In this document: positions 48,855 through 58,884 of the stretch, in pieces
Position numbering within the stretch: position 1 is the stretch's first letter
Layout of the letters: each line of letters opens with the position of its first letter
Source: an uncultured Pseudomonadota bacterium
GTDB taxonomy: Bacteria; Pseudomonadota; Alphaproteobacteria; Rs-D84; CACZYB01
Direction: 5' to 3'
Assembly (NCBI GenBank): GCA_902785275.1
Contig: CACZYB010000001.1
Location: 206,608-270,607 of the forward strand
Length of the DNA stretch: 64,000 nt
The notes under the pieces: generated by a model
What the model was told of the DNA's origin: nothing
The model's input: the letters and a program-made list of their open reading frames with translations, nothing else
The model's database searches: none
Position numbers and translations under genes: made by a program

Positions 48855-49424
48855 ATGGCATATACAAATTTTTCAGAATTAAAAATAGATCTTTCCTCTA
48901 AAATGGCAAAGGCTGTTGAAGTATTAAAACGTGATTTAGCTGGCTTAAGAACTGGCCGTGCATCCGTAAACCTTCTTGATAATATCATGGTAATGGCTTA
49001 TGGTGCACCAACACCAATTAATCAAGTTGCAAGTATTTCTACACCAGAAGCGAGACTTATTTGCGTATCTGTATGGGATAAATCATTGGCATCTGCTGTG
49101 GAAAAGGCAATTCGTGATTCTGATCTTGGTTTAAATCCTGCATCTGATGGTACACTTGTTCGTATTCCAATACCTGCACTTACAGAAGAGAGAAGAAAAG
49201 AACTTTCTAAAATTGCAAGCGGTTATACAGAACAAACAAAAGTTTCAATTAGAAACGTTCGTCGTGATGGTATGGAAGCTGTTAAATCTATGGAAAAAGA
49301 AAAACTTATTTCTGAAGATGATAAAAAATCATATGAAGAAGAAATTCAAAAATTAACAGATTCATCTATTGCTGATGCAGAAAAGCTTTTCGATGAAAAA
49401 CAAAAAGATATTATGACTATATAA
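48855..49424 (+). CDS. frr: Ribosome recycling factor
   Basis: LRTGRAS, LGLNP, PALTEERRKEL, IRNVRRD. Confidence 0.97.
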   Translation: MAYTNFSELKIDLSSKMAKAVEVLKRDLAGLRTGRASVNLLDNIMVMAYGAPTPINQVASISTPEARLICVSVWDKSLASAVEKAIRDSDLGLNPASDGTLVRIPIPALTEERRKELSKIASGYTEQTKVSIRNVRRDGMEAVKSMEKEKLISEDDKKSYEEEIQKLTDSSIADAEKLFDEKQKDIMTI

Positions 49425-49436
49425 TTTTGGTGCACT

Positions 49437-50147
49437 ATGGAAGAAAATTTAAAAATTCCTGGACATATTGCCATTATTATGGATGGTAATGGTCGTTGGG
49501 CAAAAAAGAAGGGTTTGGCACGTACTGTTGGGCACACTAACGGTGCAAAGGCTTTACAACGCACAATAGAAGCATGTAAAAAATTTGGTGTAAAAACCTT
49601 AACTGTTTATGCTTTTTCAACTGAAAATTGGTCTCGTCCAAAGGAAGAGGTTGATTTTCTTATGAAATTATTTTTAAATTATCTTACTAAACAATCAAAA
49701 AAGCTTATTGAAAATAAAATAAAATTCAATGTGTTGGGTGATAAGTTAAGATTTTCTCCTGAAATTCAAAATGCGATGAAAAAGCTGGAATCTGATACCC
49801 AAAACTTTACTGAATTTACACTTAATGTTGCGTTAAATTATGGTGGTCATGCCGAAATTATCAAGGCGACAAAGGAAATTGCTGAAGATTTAAAATCTGG
49901 TAAGATTTCAGTCGATGATATTGATGAAAAGTTATTTGAATCTCATCTTTATACTTGTGGGCAGTTACCACCAGATTTAATTATTCGTACCAGTGGTGAA
50001 CAACGTTTAAGTGGTTTTTTATTATGGCAAAGTTCTTACTCTGAATTTTATTTCCCATCAGTTCATTTTCCTGATTTTGATGAGAAACAATTATATATAG
50101 CAATACAAGAATATTCAAAAAGGGATAGACGTTATGGAAAAGTTTAA
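49437..50147 (+). CDS. uppS: Undecaprenyl diphosphate synthase
   Basis: HIAIIMDGNGRWA, YAFSTENWSR, IRTSGEQRLSGFLLWQ. Confidence 0.97.
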   Translation: MEENLKIPGHIAIIMDGNGRWAKKKGLARTVGHTNGAKALQRTIEACKKFGVKTLTVYAFSTENWSRPKEEVDFLMKLFLNYLTKQSKKLIENKIKFNVLGDKLRFSPEIQNAMKKLESDTQNFTEFTLNVALNYGGHAEIIKATKEIAEDLKSGKISVDDIDEKLFESHLYTCGQLPPDLIIRTSGEQRLSGFLLWQSSYSEFYFPSVHFPDFDEKQLYIAIQEYSKRDRRYGKV

Positions 50148-50991
50148 GAATTTTTTTATTGGAACAAATAAAAGATTAAGAATGACAACTGCTGCATTTA
50201 TGCTTGGTATAGCGTATTTGTTCTCAAGTTTTGGTTTCATTGGTTTATGTTCATTAATAATACTTATAAGTTCTCTTATGATATATGAATTTAATAAACT
50301 ATTTAACCCAAAGCTTGGTTTAAAATTTATTTGGGATGAATTTAGTATCTTAAGCATTTTAATTTTATTCTGCATCAACAGGGTTATTTGGCAAATTCCA
50401 AATTACTATTTTTCAATTGCTTTGGTTGGTTTATTTTGTTCATCAATGCTCGCAAACATTGCATCAGATAAAAAGCATTGGTTATTGGAAAGTGTAACAC
50501 CTATATATATAGGCTTTGGTGTTATGTCAATTCTTTACGCATACCTTTATTCAAGTATTATGGCTGTTATTTATATGTTTATAATTACCATTTCTACTGA
50601 TACAGGTGCATTTTTCATTGGTTCAACTGTTGGTGGTCCAAAACTTTGGGAACGTATAAGTCCTAAAAAAACATGGAGCGGGGCAATAGGCGGTATCCTT
50701 TGTGCATTCGCATTCGGTACAACATTTATTTTAAGCCTTTTATGGAACAATAATTCCGCTGACTTCACAAATCTTTCAGTTTGGGGAGCAATAAGCTTAG
50801 CTCTTTCGTTCTCTTCACAATGTGGTGATTTGTTTGAATCATGGTTAAAACGTATTAATAAAATAAAAGATTCAAGTAACCTTATTCCAGGACACGGTGG
50901 TTTCCTTGATAGATTTGATAGTATCTTATTTGTTGCACCATTCGTTGCACTTATCCTTGCATTTGCAAAGGTTGGATTTTTGGGTTTATAA
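50134..50991 (+). CDS. cdsA: Phosphatidate cytidylyltransferase
   Basis: ISPKKTWSG, GDLFESWLKR...KDS..LIPGHGG.LDRFDS. Confidence 0.96.
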   Translation: MEKFKNFFIGTNKRLRMTTAAFMLGIAYLFSSFGFIGLCSLIILISSLMIYEFNKLFNPKLGLKFIWDEFSILSILILFCINRVIWQIPNYYFSIALVGLFCSSMLANIASDKKHWLLESVTPIYIGFGVMSILYAYLYSSIMAVIYMFIITISTDTGAFFIGSTVGGPKLWERISPKKTWSGAIGGILCAFAFGTTFILSLLWNNNSADFTNLSVWGAISLALSFSSQCGDLFESWLKRINKIKDSSNLIPGHGGFLDRFDSILFVAPFVALILAFAKVGFLGL

Positions 50992-51015
50992 TTTGTAATT
51001 AAAATTTTATAAATA

Positions 51016-51042
51016 AAAAGCCTCCTGTTTAGGAGGTTTTTT
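51016..51042. terminator. Intrinsic terminator
   Basis: AAAAAGCCTCCT...AGGAGGTTTTTT. Confidence 0.8.
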
Positions 51043-51237
51043 AATTCAAATCCGGCTTTTATTTTGTTTTTTCAAGATTTTTTCTTAATTTTTTTAATCG
51101 TTTATCTTTCATAATCTTATTATTAACCTTTTTTACAAGCTCAGTACTAATAAGATTATGATTATTATTTGGTTTTTCAATAGTTTTTTTATATAAGTAA
51201 TTTATTTCTTCTTCAGTAAGATTTACTTGTTTCAAAA

Positions 51238-51618
51238 TTACCTACCTTCACGACGAAAAACTTTTGAACAAAGTGTACAATAGTTAAATGTATTCTTATA
51301 TCTACAATATTTATCATCAAAGCTAAGTTTACATTTATTTACAGCCATTTCCATTTTTGAATCCCTGTCTATACAAAGGGCATTATATTCCTTTGTTCCA
51401 ATAACAGGTTCGGCATTATTCAAATCATAAGTTTTATTGTTCATACAGCGTTTACAACCGGCTTCTTCGCCAAGATTTATATCGCCAGCACATTCTGCAA
51501 TATTATAATGTGGGCAATAATTTCTGTATGATTCTATTTCAAGTTCTTTAGTTCTTCTTGCTTTGTAATTTTCAAAAAGATTAGCCATTTCTTCATCAGA
51601 AAGTCTTTCTTTATTCAT
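51238..51618 (-). CDS. Cys-rich hypothetical protein (CPH..C..CxxC..Y..NAE family)
   Basis: Motif shared with 3236-3508, plus an extra C-terminal Cys cluster. Confidence 0.72.
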   Translation of the reverse strand: MNKERLSDEEMANLFENYKARRTKELEIESYRNYCPHYNIAECAGDINLGEEAGCKRCMNNKTYDLNNAEPVIGTKEYNALCIDRDSKMEMAVNKCKLSFDDKYCRYKNTFNYCTLCSKVFRREGR

Positions 51619-51627
51619 TTTATTACC

Positions 51628-53199
51628 TTAGTATTGTAAAAAATTTACAGGGGCAGGGGAGATAACCTTTGATTTAGTAACACTTCCACCTACAACTTCT
51701 TTAATATCCATATTTCTTTCACTTGAACCGTTTGATTTGAAACGGAAAATTCCATTTATACCGGTCCATCCGTTTGGATTAAGTAAATCACGTCTTTCAA
51801 CTTCACCATCTTTTGCTAAAGAATTTATCAAAGACACTGCATCATAAGCAAGGGATGCAATCTTAATTGGTTGTCTTTTGAAATACTTTTTATATGCTTC
51901 ATCAAATTTTCCGGTGTATTTTGTTGAAACAGATGGATACCATGCCCCACGGAAAGCACGTTCATTGTAAATTTTTGGATTTTCAAGTTGTGATGTACCA
52001 AGATATTTTATTTTATCTGGATGAACATCATAATACATCAAAGAAGAACCAATCATTAAAACATCATTTACATCATCACCAAAAATAAAGATACCCTCGT
52101 ATTCTGGATCAGATATTGTTGTTTTATGTTCCAATTCTTCCAATGTCTTTTCCAAAAAAGAAACTTCATCATCTGTTGAAAGGTATTGAGTATCATCAAA
52201 AGCATTTGCATACTTTTCACTATCTTTATCTTTAAGTTTTGTAAGGTAATCAAATCTATCTTTCACAGATTTTTTATATTCGTTATATTCCTTTACTCTG
52301 TTTTCAAAGTCAGAAACTTCCTTTACCGCATTCATAAGTCCAGTTTTTTTATCAGAGTAAGATGCTTCTTTTACTACTTCCGCATCATTCATTGAAACAT
52401 ATTTTTTAAAGTTTTTTCTTGCAAAATCGCCGGATTCTGAATTAGAAGCAATCACGGCAAATTTTGTTTTTCCACTTTGTACAGCATATTCAACAACTCT
52501 TTTTATCTGTTGTTCCATCAAAAATCCGATAGAGAAAATCGAACTATCCAAAACATTTGCATCAGTTGTAAAAGAAACTATAGGTGTACTACCGGCACCA
52601 TTACTTGCACCTTTTACTTCTTCTGCAAATAAAGGTCCAACAATTATATCAGCACCATCATTAACGGCTTTCTTTGCCTTTTCTTTACCACTAGCATATG
52701 TTCCGTCAGTTGCATAAAATTGTAAAATAGTGTTATTTGATTTTGCATCAAACAAAGCCATAGTTGCCGAGTTTTTTAAATCTTCTGCAACAACAGCATT
52801 TTGTTTTTGTGTAGGAAGAAGTACGGCAATTCTTAAAATACCATCATCTTGTTCAATAACTTCTTCTTTTTGTGGAATTGCATCACTTACAGAAACCACT
52901 TCTTCGTATACATAGTTAGATGAAGGATAGTTTATTTGTTTAACTTCAACCTTTGGTTCAACATTATTTTTGTTTGAAAAATCGAAAAGCTTTCTTATTG
53001 GTTCACCGCCATTGTAACGAACATATTCGTTTTCAATATTTTCCCTTTCTACTTCATAAACAGGTGCATTTCTTTTAATTTCACCTAATTGAAGCTTCTT
53101 TGGTTTATTTATCGCTCTTGGAACTCTGTTTGAAGTAGAACAAGCAGATGCCAATATCAAAGTAGTCAAAGATACATTTTTTAATAATTTGTTAAACAT
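51628..53199 (-). CDS. Penicillin-binding-protein activator LpoA-like / PBP1-fold lipoprotein
   Basis: Lipobox LASAC, IAVLLP, IIVGPLFA, LAYDAV, G..GIFRF..NG..ER. Divergent from rsmI. Confidence 0.82.
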   Translation of the reverse strand: MFNKLLKNVSLTTLILASACSTSNRVPRAINKPKKLQLGEIKRNAPVYEVERENIENEYVRYNGGEPIRKLFDFSNKNNVEPKVEVKQINYPSSNYVYEEVVSVSDAIPQKEEVIEQDDGILRIAVLLPTQKQNAVVAEDLKNSATMALFDAKSNNTILQFYATDGTYASGKEKAKKAVNDGADIIVGPLFAEEVKGASNGAGSTPIVSFTTDANVLDSSIFSIGFLMEQQIKRVVEYAVQSGKTKFAVIASNSESGDFARKNFKKYVSMNDAEVVKEASYSDKKTGLMNAVKEVSDFENRVKEYNEYKKSVKDRFDYLTKLKDKDSEKYANAFDDTQYLSTDDEVSFLEKTLEELEHKTTISDPEYEGIFIFGDDVNDVLMIGSSLMYYDVHPDKIKYLGTSQLENPKIYNERAFRGAWYPSVSTKYTGKFDEAYKKYFKRQPIKIASLAYDAVSLINSLAKDGEVERRDLLNPNGWTGINGIFRFKSNGSSERNMDIKEVVGGSVTKSKVISPAPVNFLQY

Positions 53200-53260
53200 A
53201 TTTCTCGCTTTTCCCATAAAATGTGTTATTATAAGTTTATGATAGAACAAGGTTTCAAAT

Positions 53261-54127
53261 ATGACAAGCAAAATAACAGAAAATAATAAAAATATTTTAC
53301 GTGCTGGGCTTTATATTGTCGCAACACCTATTGGAAATTTGGGGGATATAACCTTTCGTGCAGTTGAAACATTAACAAATGTTGATTTAATTGCGTGTGA
53401 AGACACCAGAGTTTCAAAGATTCTTTTGGATAAATACGGTATAAAAACTCCAACAACAAGTGTTCATAATTATAACGAAAGCGACAGAATTGACTTTCTT
53501 AAATCCAAAATTGATGAAGGACAAGCAGTTGCTTTTATCTCTGATGCTGGAACTCCACTTATTTCCGATCCAGGGTATAAAGTTTCAAGCCTTCTTCGCT
53601 CCCTTGGGTATTATGTTACAATAGTACCAGGCGCATCCGCCCCAATTGCGGGTCTTGTCCTTTCTGGTTTCCCAAGTGATAGATTTATGTTTATAGGTTT
53701 TGTTCCAACAAAAAGTAATGAAAAGACAGGGTTTTTTAATGAAGTAAAAAATGAACGTGCAACTGTTATCTTCTTTGAAAGTCCAAATCGCATCACTGAA
53801 ACTTTGGAAACTCTTGATAAAATTTTTGGTGATAGGAAGATTTCTTTGGTCCGTGAAATAACAAAGATTTATGAAGAGGTAAAAACTGGTACAGCCCAAG
53901 AATTACTTTCTTATTTCAAAACAAATCCACCAAAGGGTGAATTTGTTGGCTTGATTTCTCCAACAGAAAATTCTTCTGATGTTGATGAGGGGAAAATAAA
54001 ATCGCAACTTCAAACTCTTTTAAAATACATGAGTTTAAAGGATGCAAGTGAATTTATTTCATCAACATTTGAAATCTCAAAAAAAACAGTATATAATATA
54101 GGCTTAGAAATAAAAAAGGAGGATTAA
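53261..54127 (+). CDS. rsmI: 16S rRNA C1402 2'-O-methyltransferase RsmI
   Basis: LYIVATPIGNLGDIT.RA, ACEDTR, SDAGTPLISDPG, FESP.R, REITK.YEE. Confidence 0.97.
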   Translation: MTSKITENNKNILRAGLYIVATPIGNLGDITFRAVETLTNVDLIACEDTRVSKILLDKYGIKTPTTSVHNYNESDRIDFLKSKIDEGQAVAFISDAGTPLISDPGYKVSSLLRSLGYYVTIVPGASAPIAGLVLSGFPSDRFMFIGFVPTKSNEKTGFFNEVKNERATVIFFESPNRITETLETLDKIFGDRKISLVREITKIYEEVKTGTAQELLSYFKTNPPKGEFVGLISPTENSSDVDEGKIKSQLQTLLKYMSLKDASEFISSTFEISKKTVYNIGLEIKKED

Positions 54128-54715
54128 ATGAAAAAATTACTTACACTTTCTTTAATGGCATTAGCTTTTTCTTACCCTGCTTTTGCTGCATCTTCCGATG
54201 ATGAAGAATTAAAGGAATTAAACGCTACTGCAAAAGAATTTGCCTCCAAACGTGCAAAAATCAATTCAACAATTGATCTTTCTGCATTCTTTGGTGATGA
54301 AAAAGATTTAAAAATTGATGAAAAAACCTTAAAATATCTTGATAATTTTTTGGATTGCAAGGCTGATAAAACAGAAATAGATATTCCAACAGGTGACAAA
54401 GCAACCCAAGAAATTATTGGTATGGAAAACGATAAATGTATCGTAAATACTACAATAAAAGATAAAGTTATGAAATGTGCATTTCCAAAGGAAAAACTTT
54501 CTGATATCAGTGAATATTATAAAAAGACACTTACAAAAGGCTTTGGTGATAAATATAATATTGATTTAGATATGAAAATGCCAGAGGTTGACTTTAAAAA
54601 TCTTTCCGAAGATAATCTTGATTTTGGTATAAAACTTGCATTACCAAAAATAAAGATTGATAAAGTACAATCAGAAGTTGAAAAACTTGTAAAGGATTCA
54701 TGTACTAATGAGTGA
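54128..54715 (+). CDS. Secreted hypothetical protein
   Basis: Signal peptide ending AFA, RBS GGAGG. Confidence 0.75.
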   Translation: MKKLLTLSLMALAFSYPAFAASSDDEELKELNATAKEFASKRAKINSTIDLSAFFGDEKDLKIDEKTLKYLDNFLDCKADKTEIDIPTGDKATQEIIGMENDKCIVNTTIKDKVMKCAFPKEKLSDISEYYKKTLTKGFGDKYNIDLDMKMPEVDFKNLSEDNLDFGIKLALPKIKIDKVQSEVEKLVKDSCTNE

Positions 54716-55190
54716 TAAAAAAGGACACATAAGACTTATTTCCACCGGTCAGGTTGCCGAAAACCGAAAGGCAAGGTTTAATTATGCAATAACCGATACT
54801 TTCGAGGCGGGATTATCCCTAACCGGTGCCGAAGTTAAAAGCTTGCGTCAGGGTAGAGCAAACATCACCGATGGTTATGCTACCCCTGATGGAAATAGTA
54901 TTATGATGAATAATATCACTATTGGAAAGTATGATAGTGAAAGTCCTTATCTTCCTCATACTGAAAAACGCCCACGTCGCCTACTTCTTAATAAGACGGA
55001 AATAAAGCGTTTAATTGGTCTTTATAATAAGGAGCATATTACCATTGTCCCACTTAAACTTTATTTTAATGATAGGGGTCTAGCAAAGCTTCTTATAGGT
55101 GTTGGTCAGGGTAAAAACCTTGTTGATAAACGTCAAACTATCAAAGAACGTGAATGGTCCCGCCAAAAGGCAAGACTATTGAAACGATAG
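54708..55190 (+). CDS. smpB: SsrA-binding protein SmpB
   Basis: NRKARFNY, EAGL.L.G.EVKSLR, R.RRLLL, DKR..IKEREW. Confidence 0.97.
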   Translation: MSDKKGHIRLISTGQVAENRKARFNYAITDTFEAGLSLTGAEVKSLRQGRANITDGYATPDGNSIMMNNITIGKYDSESPYLPHTEKRPRRLLLNKTEIKRLIGLYNKEHITIVPLKLYFNDRGLAKLLIGVGQGKNLVDKRQTIKEREWSRQKARLLKR

Positions 55191-55203
55191 AAAATTTCTT
55201 TAC

Positions 55204-56127
55204 TTACTTTTTTTTAAATAATTGTGCCAAAGGATGTTTTTGTTCTACGGTAGATTTAAGCCTATCCGTCATAATGTGAGTATAGATTTGTGTTGTCGCA
55301 ATATCTGAATGCCCAAGCATTATTTGTACTGCACGTAAATCTGCTCCACCTGCAAGAAGGTGTGACGCAAACGAATGTCTAAATACGTGAGGCGAAACCT
55401 TTGCTGGATCAATTCCTGCGACAATCGCTATATCCTTAAGATTTTTGTAAAAAGCATCACGTGTTTGATGTCCACTGGCACTTCGTGATGGAAATAAAAA
55501 TTTCGACGTTTCATTTTTTGGAATGAAAAATTCCCTTACATTTTTGTATTCTTCAAAAAGTTTTACAGCCTTTGGATTAAGTGGAACCAAACGTTCCTTT
55601 GAGCCTTTACCCATAACTTCTATAAATTCATTTTTTATTAAAGATTTAAGTGGTAAAGAAACCAATTCACTTACACGTAAACCAGTTGCATATAAAAGTT
55701 CCATTTGAAATTCAAGTCTTATCCCGCGGGCAGAGTGAATCTTTTTTGCCGTAGTAATCAAAAGCTCAATTTCTTCCTTTGATAAATATTTTGGAAGGGA
55801 TTTTCCTATCTTTGGTGAAAAGACTCCAAATGCAGGATTTTCTTTTATTATATTTTCCGAAAGCAAGAATAAATAAAATGAATTCATTACGGAAAGCTTT
55901 CGTGCCTGTGATTTTGCCGAGTATTTATTTTCTTCTAGGTACGAAAGATATTGTTTAATATCGGCTTTCTTTGCCAATTCCAATTTATTTATTGAACATT
56001 CATCCTTTAAAAATTTTTGGAATTCTTCTAAATCCGACGAATAAGATTTAAAGGTGTTTTGCGAAGCACCTTTTTCAGCAATCATCATTTCCAAAAAATT
56101 TCTTACATTACTTTCCATAGAAAACAT
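55204..56127 (-). CDS. xerD: Chromosomal tyrosine recombinase XerD
   Basis: LYATGLRVSELV, GKGSKERLVP, SPHVFRHSFASHLL, MLGHSDIATTQIYTH. Confidence 0.9.
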   Translation of the reverse strand: MFSMESNVRNFLEMMIAEKGASQNTFKSYSSDLEEFQKFLKDECSINKLELAKKADIKQYLSYLEENKYSAKSQARKLSVMNSFYLFLLSENIIKENPAFGVFSPKIGKSLPKYLSKEEIELLITTAKKIHSARGIRLEFQMELLYATGLRVSELVSLPLKSLIKNEFIEVMGKGSKERLVPLNPKAVKLFEEYKNVREFFIPKNETSKFLFPSRSASGHQTRDAFYKNLKDIAIVAGIDPAKVSPHVFRHSFASHLLAGGADLRAVQIMLGHSDIATTQIYTHIMTDRLKSTVEQKHPLAQLFKKK

Positions 56128-56202
56128 TTTACAACTTTTAAGAAGTTATATCAAATAAATTATAGAAAATAAAAAAGCCTGATTTTCATCAGGCCAATTT
56201 TT

Positions 56203-56982
56203 TTAGTGTTTATCGAAATAAAGATTTCCTTTTTCTTTTACTGTATGGCGGGTAAATCCCTTTGATGTGAAAACTTCAACACTTTCATCAACCATTTTTG
56301 GATTACCACAAAGAAATACGTGGAAATCTTCAGGTTTAATCTTAACGCCGAAATCTTTTTCAACGATACCGTTTTTAATTAAATCTTGAGCATGACCCTT
56401 ATATCCATTCCATACCATACCAGTTTCTTGTTCAGAACGTGAAACAACAGGATAGTAACGGAAGTAAGGAGTTTTCTTTGCAAGCTCTTCCAATTCACCC
56501 TTAAATGCAAGTTCATAAGTATGTCTTGCACCATGGATAAGAGCAACCTGTCTTTTACCATTAAATATTTTTTCTTTGTGTTCTCTAAGCATACTGATAA
56601 ACGGAGCAATACCAGTACCTGTACTTACGAACAAAATATTTGAATCATCTTCTACTGCATCAAAATTCATTAATCCAGCAGGCTTTTCACCCATAAATAT
56701 TTCATCGCCAATATTAAGGTTGAAAAGACGAGTAGTAAGTCTTCCATCCTTAACCAAAACAATATAAAATCCAACTTCTTCCTGACTAGGAGCAGATGCG
56801 ATGGAATATGCACGTCTGTGCCATTCACCATCAAGATTGTTTGCGTCATCAGGAAGTGCAAGAACAGCAAATTGTCCAGCCTTAAATTCAAATTTGTGAC
56901 CATCTTTAAAAGTTATAAAGAAAAGTCTAATTTCAGGAGTGATTTCTTTTATATTTCTAACAATTGCATTATATTGCATCAT
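56203..56982 (-). CDS. fpr: Ferredoxin/flavodoxin-NADP+ reductase
   Basis: F.AGQF, RRAYSIAS, TGTGIAPF, LCGNP.M. Confidence 0.88.
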   Translation of the reverse strand: MMQYNAIVRNIKEITPEIRLFFITFKDGHKFEFKAGQFAVLALPDDANNLDGEWHRRAYSIASAPSQEEVGFYIVLVKDGRLTTRLFNLNIGDEIFMGEKPAGLMNFDAVEDDSNILFVSTGTGIAPFISMLREHKEKIFNGKRQVALIHGARHTYELAFKGELEELAKKTPYFRYYPVVSRSEQETGMVWNGYKGHAQDLIKNGIVEKDFGVKIKPEDFHVFLCGNPKMVDESVEVFTSKGFTRHTVKEKGNLYFDKH

Positions 56983-57180
56983 AGAATCCTTAATTTTTTT
57001 GTTAGTCGGGTAATAATAATACTTCAAATCTTTGAAAAAATCAATTGCAAAAAACAAAATAGTGTGATATACCACAAGAGTATATAAAATTTATTATAAA
57101 ATCAATAAATTGACGGAACCTTTTAAAACTTTTTAAAAAGTTTCGTGTTTGTTTTTTTATAAATTTAGGGAGATACGAAA

Positions 57181-57657
57181 ATGTTAGATAAAATACCTAT
57201 GACTCCTTCTGGACTTAATAAATTAGAAGAGGAGTTGAAAAATTTAAAATATAATGAACGTCCTGCTGTGATACAGGCTATATCTGAGGCACGTGCTTTG
57301 GGTGATTTATCTGAAAATGCCGAATATCATAGTGCAAAGGAAAAACAAGGTTTTGTTGAAAGTCGAATTTCTTATTTGGAAGGTGTTATAAGCTCAGCTG
57401 AAGTTATCGATCCAAAAAAGATGTCTGGTAATACTGTTCGTTTCAGTGCGACTGTTACAATAGTTGATGTTGAAACAGATGAAGAAAAAGTTTACCAAAT
57501 TGTTGGTAAAGAAGAAGCAGATATTAATTGTGGTAAAATCTCTTATGATAGTCCAATCGCTCGTGCCTTAATTGGTAAGGAAAAAGGTGAAGAAGTTACC
57601 GTTCAATCACCAAAGGGACCAAGAGATTTCGAAATCGAAAACGTTGAATACAAATAA
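57181..57657 (+). CDS. greA: Transcription elongation factor GreA
   Basis: EARALGDLSENAEYH, IS..SPIARALIG. Confidence 0.97.
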   Translation: MLDKIPMTPSGLNKLEEELKNLKYNERPAVIQAISEARALGDLSENAEYHSAKEKQGFVESRISYLEGVISSAEVIDPKKMSGNTVRFSATVTIVDVETDEEKVYQIVGKEEADINCGKISYDSPIARALIGKEKGEEVTVQSPKGPRDFEIENVEYK

Positions 57658-57669
57658 GGTTTAAATATC

Positions 57670-57786
57670 ATGAAAAAACTTATCCTTTTATTTTTAGTAT
57701 GTAGTTTTGTTGCATCTTGTGGTGTAAAGGGAAGCCTTTCAAAACCGGAAAATGCAAAATACAGACGTACATATCCAAAATATTAG
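57670..57786 (+). CDS. Small lipoprotein, LptM/YifL-like (38 aa, not in ORF track)
   Basis: MKKLILLFLVCSFVASCGVKGSLSKP...: lipobox plus CGxKG.L motif. Confidence 0.75.
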   Translation: MKKLILLFLVCSFVASCGVKGSLSKPENAKYRRTYPKY

Positions 57787-57868
57787 GATAGGTTTTTTAT
57801 CTTTTCTAAACCTCTTGACTCTTTAGTAAAATTTTACTATATAAGATTTATAAGTTGATAGGTTTGTT

Positions 57869-58795
57869 ATGGAAAAAAATTCTTCTAAAAATATGCTTTC
57901 AAAGTCCGTAAATTTTTCTCTTACGGGTGGTCTTCCAACTTCGGTAAACGATGGTGGAATTTCTGCATATATAAATATGGTGAAGAATATCCCACATTTA
58001 ACACCAGAGGAAGAATATGATTTGGCGGTAAAGGTTCAAAAAGATCATGATTTAGAGGCTGCCGAAAAACTTATTAAATCAAATCTTTTCTTAGTGGTTG
58101 CAACTGCTTTTGAATATAAGGGTTACGGCCTTCCAATTTCTGATATAATATCCGAAGGAAATATCGGTCTTATGAAGGCAGTACGTAAATTTGATCCAGA
58201 TAAAGGTTTCAAACTTTCCACTTATGCCCTTTGGTGGATAAGGGCTACAATCAATGAATTTGTTCTTTCATCATGGAGTTTGGTAAAAATCGGAACCCAG
58301 GCTGCCCAAAAAAAACTTTTCTTCAGTCTTAAAAAGATAAAGGCAAAATTGGGTATTTACCACAATTCTGATTTAACACCTGATGAAACAAAGCGTGTTG
58401 CCAGCGAACTTGATGTAAGTGAGGAAGATGTTATCGAAATGAACCGCCGTGTTTCAAAGGATAGTTCTCTTAACAAAGTAATTTCCGATGATGATGATAC
58501 GGAAAAGGTAAATATGCTTGTTGCTGATACTCCTGCACCAGAAGAAATTACAGCCAACGATGAAATCCGTGCATTAAGGGCGAAAATGCTTCGTGACGCA
58601 ATGGCAACTCTTAACCCACGTGAGCAATTGATTTTATCTCGTCGAAGATTGACTGAAACTCCTGCAACATTGGATGATTTATCTGTTGAATTAAATATAA
58701 GTAAGGAGCGTGTCCGTCAAATTGAAAATAGGGCTATGGAAAAACTCTCTCTTTCACTTTTGAAAGAAAAGAACCGGCTTTTTGGTAAAAATTAG
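57869..58795 (+). CDS. rpoH: RNA polymerase sigma-32 factor
   Basis: Region 2 (EGNIGLMKAV..FDP, YALWWIRA) and RpoH box QKKLFF.L. Confidence 0.93.
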   Translation: MEKNSSKNMLSKSVNFSLTGGLPTSVNDGGISAYINMVKNIPHLTPEEEYDLAVKVQKDHDLEAAEKLIKSNLFLVVATAFEYKGYGLPISDIISEGNIGLMKAVRKFDPDKGFKLSTYALWWIRATINEFVLSSWSLVKIGTQAAQKKLFFSLKKIKAKLGIYHNSDLTPDETKRVASELDVSEEDVIEMNRRVSKDSSLNKVISDDDDTEKVNMLVADTPAPEEITANDEIRALRAKMLRDAMATLNPREQLILSRRRLTETPATLDDLSVELNISKERVRQIENRAMEKLSLSLLKEKNRLFGKN

Positions 58796-58884
58796 GGGTA
58801 AGTTATGGATATTTTAAAAGAGTTAAAAAAAGTTGCTCTAAATTTTCAAAAACAAAATATTGGAAAAGGGTTTAGATAAATAAC

